Made by a program: the position numbers and the translations under genes
Assembly (NCBI GenBank): GCA_964355275.1
Contig: CAYHCB010000005.1
Location: forward strand, 4,325-68,324
DNA: 64,000 nucleotides
From: an uncultured Gammaproteobacteria bacterium
Lineage (GTDB): Bacteria > Patescibacteriota > Patescibacteriia > Patescibacteriales > UBA12465
Direction: 5' to 3'
Shown here: piece by piece, positions 48,519 through 56,526 of the stretch
How the letters are laid out: the number at the start of each line of letters is the position of its first letter
Numbering within the stretch: the stretch's first letter is position 1
The notes under the pieces: model-generated
Seen by the model: the letters and a program-made list of their open reading frames with translations, nothing else
Databases searched by the model: none
What the model was told of the DNA's origin: nothing

Positions 48519-49500
48519 ATTTTTTAATTAATTCTCTCATGCTCTCCACTGTTTCCCATTTATCATTAGTACCAGAATTAAATTGAAAGCCTTTTTCTAC
48601 TTCCACGGCCTTAAAGTGTTCTAAATACTTATCTTTTTTGGCGTCAGAAGGTAAAATAGCGTAATATTTATCAAACTCAATAGTATTATAAGAATCACTA
48701 GCCGTAATCATCTCCTCATGAAGTTTTTCTCCTGGCCTAATACCAGTTTCTACTAATTTTATATTAGGAGAAATTGCTAACGCCACTGTTTCAATTTTGT
48801 AAGAGGCTATTTTTGGTACAAATATTTCTCCACCTAAGGCATTTTCAATTGCCCATAAAACCATTTCTACGCCATCTTCTAGGGAAATATTAAATCTAGT
48901 CATTTCCATGTGCGTAATTGGCAATTCACCCCCCTCTTTAGCCTTTTTAATAAAAAATGGTATTACAGATCCTCTCGATCCCATCACATTACCATAACGA
49001 ACAACAGAAAAACGCAAATCACGCTTTCCTTTAATATTATTAGCAGCAATAAAAAGTTTATCTGACACTAATTTAGTAGCTCCGTAAAGATTAATAGGTG
49101 CAGCCGCTTTATCGGTTGATAAAGCTACAACCACCTTAACGTCAGTGGCCAAAGCGGCATCAACTATATTTTGTGCTCCACCGATATTAGTTTTAATAAA
49201 TTCATCAGGATTATATTCAGCAATCGGCACATGTTTTAAAGCTGCAGCATGAATAATAACATCAATATCTTCGCAAGCTCTCTTTAAACGAGGTAAATCA
49301 CGAACATCTCCAATAAAAAATCTTACTTGAGGAAATTCATTTTCAGGATAGACTTGAGCCATCTCATATTGCTTTAACTCATCTCTAGAATAGATTACTA
49401 ATCTTTTAACATCTGGGTATCGTTCTAAAATTGTTTTAACAAACATTTTACCAAACGAGCCAGTTCCCCCTGTTATTAAGATTGATTTACCGTTAAGCAT
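48487..49500 (-). CDS. pseB: UDP-GlcNAc 4,6-dehydratase (inverting)
   Basis: TGGTGSFG, SRDELKQ, AEYNP, VRYGNVMGSRGSV and GIRPGEKLHE. Confidence 0.96.
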   Translation of the reverse strand: MLNGKSILITGGTGSFGKMFVKTILERYPDVKRLVIYSRDELKQYEMAQVYPENEFPQVRFFIGDVRDLPRLKRACEDIDVIIHAAALKHVPIAEYNPDEFIKTNIGGAQNIVDAALATDVKVVVALSTDKAAAPINLYGATKLVSDKLFIAANNIKGKRDLRFSVVRYGNVMGSRGSVIPFFIKKAKEGGELPITHMEMTRFNISLEDGVEMVLWAIENALGGEIFVPKIASYKIETVALAISPNIKLVETGIRPGEKLHEEMITASDSYNTIEFDKYYAILPSDAKKDKYLEHFKAVEVEKGFQFNSGTNDKWETVESMRELIKKYVDKNFEPIG

Positions 49501-49539
49501 ATTTTTATACTAATTTACTAATTATATTTTACTAATAAT

Positions 49540-50841
49540 TTATTTTTTAAAATAATTAAATTTACTTACCAAAAAAACAACCAACGGTCCAGCAGAATAA
49601 GACAAAAGAGTGGCCCAAGCCGCACCATTTAACCCAATAGTTGGAATAAAAATAATGTTAAAAACTACATTTAATATCATTGAGCATACACTATACCACA
49701 ATATATAATTATTACGATTTTCTGATAAAAAATATCTATTAATAGCCGTTCCAATAAAGAGCCCTATTCCAGACCAAACGTATATTTGTAGAATAACTAC
49801 CGCTGCCGCATATTTACTTCCAAACAAAATAAAAATAATCCATGGTGCTAAAATAGTGGAAAAAATCGATATAACTAAAGCAGTCAAAAACATTAACAAA
49901 TATAATGCTTTTAGTCTCCTTTTGTATACATCCGGATTGGTTTTTTTAGCATTCACAATAGCTGGAAAAAGCGAAGCACAAATAATACCAGGAATAAAAT
50001 ACCAAATTTCAACCAACTTTACTGCAGCCGCATAAATGCCAACCTCATAACTGCCTAGCATATATCCAATCATAACTTGATCTATCTTTATATAAATAAA
50101 ACCAGCGGCTGCGGCAATCATTAAAAACAAAGATTTCTTTAATATTGTTCTTGATAATTTTTTATCATATGACCAATTTTTCATTTTTAATCCTTGTTTT
50201 TTATAAGCACTCATGAAACCCAGGCCCTGCCATAAAAAATCTAAAACGAAAACAATCACGATCCAAGTGATGCCTTTATCGAACAAAATAACCAACACCT
50301 TTAAACAGGAAGATATAATTGTGGAAAAGAAAAGAGCCTTAACATTATTTTTTGATTTTACTTCAGACTGGAAATAGATACTAATAACATTAATAGCCTG
50401 CAAAATAAGAGAGAGAGAAAATAAAATTATTAATAACCTGATAGCTGAATTTATTTGGAAAAGATAAGTACTAGCAACAGTTAATAAAAAAGCAACGACC
50501 CCACCTATTAATTTCAGACGAAAAACGGTTCCCATTAATTTATCTCTTTTTTCAGGAAATTCTATTAATTCCCTATTTAAGATTGATCCTGAACCAAAAT
50601 CGGCAATAAACCAAAATAATCCCACAAAAGCAACAGCATAGCTTAAAACCCCATAATTTTCCGGGCCTAAATATCTAGCAATCCAAGCCCCAATAAAAAA
50701 AGAGACTAATAGAGAAAACATCTGCCCCCCAAACATCCACCCGGTATTAGCAAAATAACGCTTAAAACCTTCGTGGTTTAAAATCCAGCGCCATTTTTGC
50801 GGAGTTATTTTTTCAATTATCTTAAAAAATTTGTCTAGCAT
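49540..50841 (-). CDS. wzx: Wzx-type flippase
   Basis: About 12 TMs; ARYLGPENYG, IDQVMIG and GAAWAT. Confidence 0.92.
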   Translation of the reverse strand: MLDKFFKIIEKITPQKWRWILNHEGFKRYFANTGWMFGGQMFSLLVSFFIGAWIARYLGPENYGVLSYAVAFVGLFWFIADFGSGSILNRELIEFPEKRDKLMGTVFRLKLIGGVVAFLLTVASTYLFQINSAIRLLIILFSLSLILQAINVISIYFQSEVKSKNNVKALFFSTIISSCLKVLVILFDKGITWIVIVFVLDFLWQGLGFMSAYKKQGLKMKNWSYDKKLSRTILKKSLFLMIAAAAGFIYIKIDQVMIGYMLGSYEVGIYAAAVKLVEIWYFIPGIICASLFPAIVNAKKTNPDVYKRRLKALYLLMFLTALVISIFSTILAPWIIFILFGSKYAAAVVILQIYVWSGIGLFIGTAINRYFLSENRNNYILWYSVCSMILNVVFNIIFIPTIGLNGAAWATLLSYSAGPLVVFLVSKFNYFKK

Positions 50842-50856
50842 TTTAAATTATAATAA

Positions 50857-51105
50857 TTACCACTTTTCAATCTTACTCACGACTTTCTTTTTTAAGTCCA
50901 GATAAGCTTCAACGGCTTTTTGCTCCACAACCGGAGAAACTAATTTTAAAATTTCTAAACCCAAAATACGATATTGCTTCCCCACCTTATTAGCGCGAAG
51001 CAGACCTTTTTTAAGCAAGCGCTTTAAAGTGCTATTACTAATCTTTAAAATTTTTTCTGTTTCACTAGTTGTGTAAACAGCATTTGGTTTTATTTCTTCA
51101 TTCAT
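50857..51105 (-). CDS. Excisionase/BldC-like HTH_17 DNA-binding protein
   Basis: YTTSET..ILKIS..TL.R..K.G.L.A.KVG.QYRI. Confidence 0.88.
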   Translation of the reverse strand: MNEEIKPNAVYTTSETEKILKISNSTLKRLLKKGLLRANKVGKQYRILGLEILKLVSPVVEQKAVEAYLDLKKKVVSKIEKW

Positions 51106-51111
51106 AATATC

Positions 51112-51160
51112 ATTATAGCTGTTTAATGATTAATAGGTCAATAAGTGTCACTGGAGGTCA
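51112..51160 (-). promoter_or_regulatory. Leaderless promoter TTGACC-18-TATAAT with three 10-bp-phased GTCA repeats
   Basis: -10 at 51112-51117, 6 nt from the ATG; -35 at 51136-51141; GTCA at 51137, 51147 and 51157. Confidence 0.65.
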
Positions 51161-51213
51161 ATTTTAAAATAAAACGACCTTCTGCTATTTAAATATTGTG
51201 CTATAATATTTCT

Positions 51214-52008
51214 ATGATTTTAGAATTTTTCACTAATCAATTTGCCTCACTGGGCGCCTGGTTTTTCTTCATCGGCGCTATGGTCGAAGCCTTGCCTTTA
51301 ATTGGCACCTTCTTACCCGGAGCCACAATTGTGACTCTTGGCGGTTTTGCTTCTGCTCAAGGTTATTTTGTGTTATGGAAAGTTATTGCTTTTTCAATTA
51401 GTGGCGCTATCGTTGGTGATGCAATTAGCTATTATGTGGGGGCTCACGGCGGTGATTATATAAGACGGAAAAATATTATTAGCCCAAGTATTTTACTAAA
51501 AGGCGAGGCTTTCTTTCTTAAATATGGTAATCAAAGTTTACTTTGGGGACGTTTTATTGGACCAATTAGAGCCATTATTCCCTTTCTAGCAGGACTAGCT
51601 AAACTTCGACCCAAAACATTCTGGACCTGGAATATTATTGGTGGAATAATGTGGGGATTTTTTTACGTCCTGCTCGGTCATTTCTCCGGTAATTTAGTGG
51701 CCGTTATTCTAAAACGCTGGAGCCATAAATTGAATTGGTTCTTACTACTACTAACCTTATTCCCTATTTTATATTGGCTCATCAAGCATCACGGCCAGTC
51801 ATTTAAACAATATATCAAAGATCAAAGTGCTATCTTTACTAAAAATATAGAAAGTTATCAGTTTATTCAAAAAATGGAAAAACGATACCCGGCTATTAGT
51901 GAATTCTTTATTAGTAAGTCAGCCCAACTTAAATTATATTTCTCGGTGATTAGCTTTATCCTTTTAAGTGTCTTAGCTGTTTTAACTTTAATCTTTGACT
52001 GGATTTAA
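51214..52008 (+). CDS. DedA family membrane protein (start moved to ATG 51214)
   Basis: FLPG, GAIVGD.ISY..G and GRFIGPIR; TGcTATAAT ends 6 nt before ATG 51214. Confidence 0.9.
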   Translation: MILEFFTNQFASLGAWFFFIGAMVEALPLIGTFLPGATIVTLGGFASAQGYFVLWKVIAFSISGAIVGDAISYYVGAHGGDYIRRKNIISPSILLKGEAFFLKYGNQSLLWGRFIGPIRAIIPFLAGLAKLRPKTFWTWNIIGGIMWGFFYVLLGHFSGNLVAVILKRWSHKLNWFLLLLTLFPILYWLIKHHGQSFKQYIKDQSAIFTKNIESYQFIQKMEKRYPAISEFFISKSAQLKLYFSVISFILLSVLAVLTLIFDWI

Positions 52009-52816
52009 GATAAAGCAATAAATTAATTAAAGAAATCGGTAGCATTAAAGAAGCCCCTATTCCGGCAACTCTGGTAATCCCTAAATTAAGGGCTAAAACT
52101 GTAAAAATTAAACATAGTAAACCATAACCGACAACGGGAATAAGTAGTAATGATGGAGAATAATTAGGCGTAAGAGGCGGAAAAAAGTATTCATAAGTTC
52201 GGAAAATAGCTAGTGATATAAACGCCACCAAAAACCAACCCACAAAATTACCAAATGGGATGCCAAAATAAAAACCACCGCTTGCCCAAGTCCAATTACC
52301 GGAAGCAACCATGACCGGATCCATAAAAAGATCAATTATCACCACGATTAAACTATCAACTATAATGAGTGGCAACAGCAATAAAAAGTTTTTATTGCTT
52401 TTTTTAGGATTACCGAGATTTAGCCAAACTAAGGATGAAGTAGTAATTAAATAAGCAGTATAAACAAAAAAAGACCAAAAAAATGGAATTAAAATTGGTA
52501 CTCCTAAAATAATTGGGCCCAAACTACTAGGGTTATAAGAATAGGCCCCACCAAAAATTACTCCCAAGTTAACTCCCAAGACCTCAAAAATAAAACCAAT
52601 AATAAAAGGTGGTAGTAGCAATATAACACTTCTTTTTATTCCAAATATCAGGCGAGCATGCCACAGTAAAAGTACAATTGGTAAACTAAACTTTAAAATT
52701 GTCAGAGTTAAAAAATATAAACCATAGGAGTTTAAAATAATATCAAGCAACGGAATTATAATGGTTAAGGCAAATAAACCCCATAAAATATAAGTTTTGT
52801 TAAAATTACGAATCAT
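51956..52816 (-). CDS. CruF/DUF422-like (carotenoid 1,2-hydratase family) membrane protein
   Basis: EVLGV..G..FG..YSY, GVPILIP..W, DLFMDP and GIPFGNFVGW. Confidence 0.8.
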   Translation of the reverse strand: MIRNFNKTYILWGLFALTIIIPLLDIILNSYGLYFLTLTILKFSLPIVLLLWHARLIFGIKRSVILLLPPFIIGFIFEVLGVNLGVIFGGAYSYNPSSLGPIILGVPILIPFFWSFFVYTAYLITTSSLVWLNLGNPKKSNKNFLLLLPLIIVDSLIVVIIDLFMDPVMVASGNWTWASGGFYFGIPFGNFVGWFLVAFISLAIFRTYEYFFPPLTPNYSPSLLLIPVVGYGLLCLIFTVLALNLGITRVAGIGASLMLPISLINLLLYLKSSQRLKLKQLRHLKG

Positions 52817-53265
52817 AATTTAATCTGGCTTAAGTCTTGATTTATAACACAAGGCTTCATATCAATTATTTCGTCAACGTAATGAATTCGCTCACTCTTA
52901 CTTGGTATTTTGTTAAACAAAAATATTTTCTTATTATGCCCATAAGCAAAGCCCATTTCCATTAAAGTGCTGCCGCCGATATAACTTTCTGTTCCCTTTT
53001 TATTAATATTTAAAACTAAAATTCCATCAGAGTTTTTAATAAACTCCCAATATCTTTTAATCATATCAATTTTGGCACCTTGTCGCAGAAGAATGTCGCC
53101 ATTTTCTTCTTTTTCCGCTATAAAATCTTCATATAAAATAACACTATTTATTATTTTTTCGGTAAAATAGGGGATATTAACCTGATGACCTAAATCTTCT
53201 AAAGCCTTTTTTACTTCAATTATTTTTGGTGAGAAATCAATGCTAGCACAAATTGTAATTATCAT
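52813..53265 (-). CDS. Nucleoside 2-deoxyribosyltransferase-like protein
   Basis: ITICAS, SDGILVLN and YIGGSTLMEMGFAY...KKIF. Confidence 0.7.
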   Translation of the reverse strand: MIITICASIDFSPKIIEVKKALEDLGHQVNIPYFTEKIINSVILYEDFIAEKEENGDILLRQGAKIDMIKRYWEFIKNSDGILVLNINKKGTESYIGGSTLMEMGFAYGHNKKIFLFNKIPSKSERIHYVDEIIDMKPCVINQDLSQIKL

Positions 53266-53320
53266 ATTTTTTAAATTTAATGTTAGATTAATACTTTAAT
53301 TATACAGCAAATACCTAGAT

Positions 53321-53360
53321 AAAAAAACAAAGACTGTTTTATTTCTAAAACAGCCTGTTT
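53321..53360 (-). terminator. Probable terminator after rpsD
   Basis: A-run plus CTGTTTTA...TAAAACAG stem. Confidence 0.55.
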
Positions 53361-53379
53361 AGTAAAAACGAAAACCAAT

Positions 53380-53961
53380 TTACAATAATTTACGGTAGAA
53401 TTCTAAAACTTTAGAAATATCAACATTTTGCGCAAAATCAATTTGCGTTGGCAAACTTAAAAAGCGACCAGCATTTGTTTGATATTCTAAATAACTAACT
53501 GGAGTCATATCTTTTCTGTTTATCTCGATCTGGCTAGAAAATATTTTACTGCTTAAAGTCTTGGCCCTTAAACTAATAGTTTGTCCTTGCTTTAAACTAT
53601 AAGAAGGAATATCTACCTTTTTACCGTCAACTAAAATGTGTCCGTGATTGACCAGTTGCCTGGCCTGTTCCCTAGTTTTACCAAAACCCAAACGATAAAC
53701 AACGTTATCTAGCCTAGTCTCTAGTTTTCTAAGTAGCTCAACCTGAGCATCGCCTTGACCGTTAAAAGCTTCACGAGCGTAACGTTTCATCTGACGCTCC
53801 ATGATTCCATAAATAAATTTAAGTTTCTGTTTTTGTTCTAATCTCTCTCCATAAGCTGACTTTCTTGGTTTTATTTGATTTCTGCGTCTAATGCTTTCAC
53901 TTTCCGAAGCTAAACCAAATCTCTGACGCTGTTTAAGCGTCGTCTTTAAATTTCTTCCCAT
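53380..53961 (-). CDS. rpsD: 30S ribosomal protein S4, divergent Cys-free stand-alone copy
   Basis: SAYG..L..KQKLK..YG, LETRLDNVVYRLGF, ARQLVNHGHI.VDG..VDIPSY and EFY. Confidence 0.93.
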   Translation of the reverse strand: MGRNLKTTLKQRQRFGLASESESIRRRNQIKPRKSAYGERLEQKQKLKFIYGIMERQMKRYAREAFNGQGDAQVELLRKLETRLDNVVYRLGFGKTREQARQLVNHGHILVDGKKVDIPSYSLKQGQTISLRAKTLSSKIFSSQIEINRKDMTPVSYLEYQTNAGRFLSLPTQIDFAQNVDISKVLEFYRKLL

Positions 53962-53990
53962 ATATTCAAAAGGTTTTAATAATAAATAAT

Positions 53991-54048
53991 AAATTGTAAA
54001 TTACAATTTGTTGAATATTAGTATAGCAAAACTTTTAATTTAGTTCAA
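53991..54048 (-). promoter_or_regulatory. rpsD promoter TTGAAC-17-TATACT and perfect 9-1-9 operator-like palindrome
   Basis: -35 at 54043-54048, -10 at 54020-54025; AAATTGTAA-a-TTACAATTT at 53991-54009. Confidence 0.65.
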
Positions 54049-54091
54049 TCTTTATAGTCAGCCTAATAAAGCGATGAATAATTAATTTTGG

Positions 54092-54134
54092 GCAAGAAAA
54101 AAGGAGCAGTTTTTGTAAACTACTCCCTTCTTGC
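54092..54134 (-). terminator. Intrinsic terminator of the 54152 gene
   Basis: GGAG.AGTTT...AAACT.CTCC stem with an A-run on the + strand. Confidence 0.7.
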
Positions 54135-54151
54135 TATCTGTTATTTTCGGT

Positions 54152-54703
54152 TTAGAGATTTATATCAATTCCGAGTAATAAACTGTTGGTGTGACTTTTA
54201 GAGTCAACCGCGAACATTGTCCATAATTTGGAGTCAATTTTTTTGATTTTGTACTCCAATACTGGACCAATACCGGTAAAGCGCCAGGCTCTAACTGCTA
54301 CATTGAGGTTTTCGGTGGCCTTATAGGTTAAGGTAGATTTGTACCAGTAGTTATCCGGACCGTCCCCCTTTTCCACTAAAGTGAGGAAAGATATCTTGCC
54401 TTTTCCTAAGTACAGGAAGCTACCAAGACGATACAGCGCTTCATGATGCTCAATTCCGCCGCTTAAACCAATGGTTACACCTTCTACCGGCGAATAAGCG
54501 ATGCCGATTTGAGATTCAGCCCATTTTTGATTAACCAGAGCAAAATAAGTAAATACGAATTTTTCACTGATTTTTTTGGTACCGAACACGGTGATGCAAG
54601 GGGAAACTGTATTGCCAGTTAATTTACCGAATACGGACACCTGAGCTGAGCTCGAAAGGCTGAAAATAATCACGGAAATAAGGACAACAATTGCTTTTTT
54701 CAT
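54152..54703 (-). CDS. Secreted all-beta protein resembling an outer-membrane beta-barrel
   Basis: Signal peptide ending SSA-Q; about 12 amphipathic strands; C-terminal GIDINL. Confidence 0.7.
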   Translation of the reverse strand: MKKAIVVLISVIIFSLSSSAQVSVFGKLTGNTVSPCITVFGTKKISEKFVFTYFALVNQKWAESQIGIAYSPVEGVTIGLSGGIEHHEALYRLGSFLYLGKGKISFLTLVEKGDGPDNYWYKSTLTYKATENLNVAVRAWRFTGIGPVLEYKIKKIDSKLWTMFAVDSKSHTNSLLLGIDINL

Positions 54704-54728
54704 TTTATCAAGGATTTAGGTTAGGATT

Positions 54729-54784
54729 AGTTTGGTTATTTACTAAAGCTCTAATATCTTAGAACCTTGGTAAATAACTAAACT
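54729..54784. repeat. 26-bp imperfect hairpin in the leader of the 54152 gene
   Basis: AGTTTGGTTATTTACTAAAGCTCTAA-tatc-TTAGAACCTTGGTAAATAACTAAACT. Confidence 0.85.
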
Positions 54785-54827
54785 GGCCGCTTAAACTTGA
54801 TTTTTTTAATGTTCTAACTATAAAGAA

Positions 54828-54856
54828 ATTATAACATTTTTATAATATAATGTCAA
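54828..54856 (-). promoter_or_regulatory. Perfect consensus promoter TTGACA-17-TATAAT with extended TG
   Basis: Reverse complement of 54851-54856 and 54828-54833. Confidence 0.85.
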
Positions 54857-54882
54857 TAGCATAGCTTGCTTTATTATTAGGT

Positions 54883-54917
54883 AAAAAAAGAAGCCCCGCT
54901 TTTTGTGCAGGGCTTTT
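54883..54917 (-). terminator. Probable terminator of the 54940 gene
   Basis: A-run plus AAGCCC.GC...GC.GGGCTT. Confidence 0.65.
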
Positions 54918-54939
54918 ACTAGGTAGTAGTGTTAAGAAA

Positions 54940-56334
54940 TTAAGAAATTCGAGTAACTTTCGGTACTTTTACCTGAATTCCGTTTTCCTCATATTTTTGT
55001 TTTATATCACGTAGCGTGTCCACGATTTTATTCGCTTCTTCTTTGTTCCAAACTTCATTCACGCATTCGGCGGCAAAATTTAGAACTTCTTCGATTTTCA
55101 AGATTAACAATCTTAGCTCGTCTTCACTCCACTCTTTTTTGTAGGAGAAAGTTAAGGCGTTTATTAATCCTAAAAAGTTAGTCAGGGAAAACTCTTTTTT
55201 AACAGTGTTAAATAAAAATTTTCGATCAACAATAGAATTTTCATTAAGCTTAAGCTTCATGAAATAATTAGCGATGATCTCCTTTTTACAAGGGCTATGC
55301 TGAAATAAAATTGGCATTCCGGTGCTACTTGATTGCGCCATATTGGTAAAAAGCATTGCCTCAATATCATCACAAGCAAACTCCCTGGTTACAAAATCCA
55401 AAAATTCGGAATCTAACTTAAAGTTTACATAGGAGATTTTTTTAAGCAACAAGCTTTTTTCATCTTCAGTCATAACTTTTCCGTCTTTTTTAAGACGAGA
55501 ATAAATTACCAGACAAGACTTTGAAAGCTTATCGTTATCCTGGCTGCGCTCCTTTTTGCTATCAATGTATTTAATGGCTAAACCGTAAAGACCTAAATCT
55601 AGTAAAGCTTGGTCTTGTTTTTCGCGAGCTAAAAGTTTTTCTTCTTCAGCCCGTTCCATAGCTTTTTTCTTTTTTCTTAGCGTTATTTTCTTTTGCATCA
55701 AATCAATGATAAAAAGAATGCTTAAAAGTACAAAAATAACGCCACTAATCCAAGGTCTGTTCCAGCCCCACAAGAAACCATCAAAATAATAAGGCACCGC
55801 AACTAACATAACAGCGCCGATATTTAAAGAGTATTTCTGTTTTTTTATTTTCATAATTAGTAATACGCCAATAATGCTCATGGCCGCTCCACCAAATATG
55901 ACTAACCAGGGATAAATGAGCCCCAGATAATTCATCAAAGGAAAAATACTAATTAGAACTAAGGCCTGACCGAGTACCATGATTTTTTTACTAACATCGA
56001 AAAGTCGACCATGGAGATACTGCGGGATGAATCTGGCTTTAAGTTTAATCGCCCAATTAGCTATCCATTTAAAAGGCGGTATTTTATACCACCAATGTTC
56101 GCGGAAAACTGAACGGTGAACAAACAATGAAAAGCCGGATAAGAAAATAAACAGGGATGCAATAAAAATTAAGGGCGCAAAATCGGTAGCCCAGTTCCAG
56201 GAAGTCTCCAGCCAGCTAAAGATGACTGACAAGTTGTTTATCCCGATAATTATCAGGATTACGGCCGAAATAACGGTGACCGAAACAACCATCGGCACAA
56301 TAACTGTGCCGGAATGTTTAATGATTTTTTTCAC
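54940..56334 (-). CDS. Hypothetical membrane protein (about 6 TMs plus a helical cytoplasmic domain)
   Basis: 464-aa ORF, GTG start, hydrophobic N-half and charged C-half. Confidence 0.75.
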   Translation of the reverse strand: MKKIIKHSGTVIVPMVVSVTVISAVILIIIGINNLSVIFSWLETSWNWATDFAPLIFIASLFIFLSGFSLFVHRSVFREHWWYKIPPFKWIANWAIKLKARFIPQYLHGRLFDVSKKIMVLGQALVLISIFPLMNYLGLIYPWLVIFGGAAMSIIGVLLIMKIKKQKYSLNIGAVMLVAVPYYFDGFLWGWNRPWISGVIFVLLSILFIIDLMQKKITLRKKKKAMERAEEEKLLAREKQDQALLDLGLYGLAIKYIDSKKERSQDNDKLSKSCLVIYSRLKKDGKVMTEDEKSLLLKKISYVNFKLDSEFLDFVTREFACDDIEAMLFTNMAQSSSTGMPILFQHSPCKKEIIANYFMKLKLNENSIVDRKFLFNTVKKEFSLTNFLGLINALTFSYKKEWSEDELRLLILKIEEVLNFAAECVNEVWNKEEANKIVDTLRDIKQKYEENGIQVKVPKVTRIS

Positions 56335-56432
56335 GATCTTTTAGTTTTTAATGGACACCCAATCCCAGGGTGGGGTTTTTCTTAAAAATAAGCGCTGAGA
56401 CTATCTACGTCTGTTTGCTCTAAGAAGAATTT

Positions 56433-56462
56433 AATATATCACGAAATTACTACTATTGTCAA
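56433..56462 (-). promoter_or_regulatory. Promoter TTGACA-18-TATATT with extended TG
   Basis: Reverse complement of 56457-56462 and 56433-56438. Confidence 0.6.
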
Positions 56463-56526
56463 TAGCAAAAGATAAAAAAAACACTAGGATATTTCTATAC
56501 TAGGATTAATAAAAAAAGAAAAATTT

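Noticed and set aside
15194-51105. Prophage or ICE suggested by the BRO-N and excisionase-like genes
   Set aside because: No integrase, terminase, structural, replication or conjugation genes, and the three genes are dispersed among chromosomal functions.
51196-51213. dedA start at 51196 as given in the ORF track
   Set aside because: That stretch is the extended -10 box itself; ATG 51214 fits better.
53962-54018. ATATTCAA/TTGAATAT pairing that would sequester the rpsD start
   Set aside because: The predicted TSS near 54013 would cut off most of the 5' arm, and an 8-bp AT-rich match is weak evidence.
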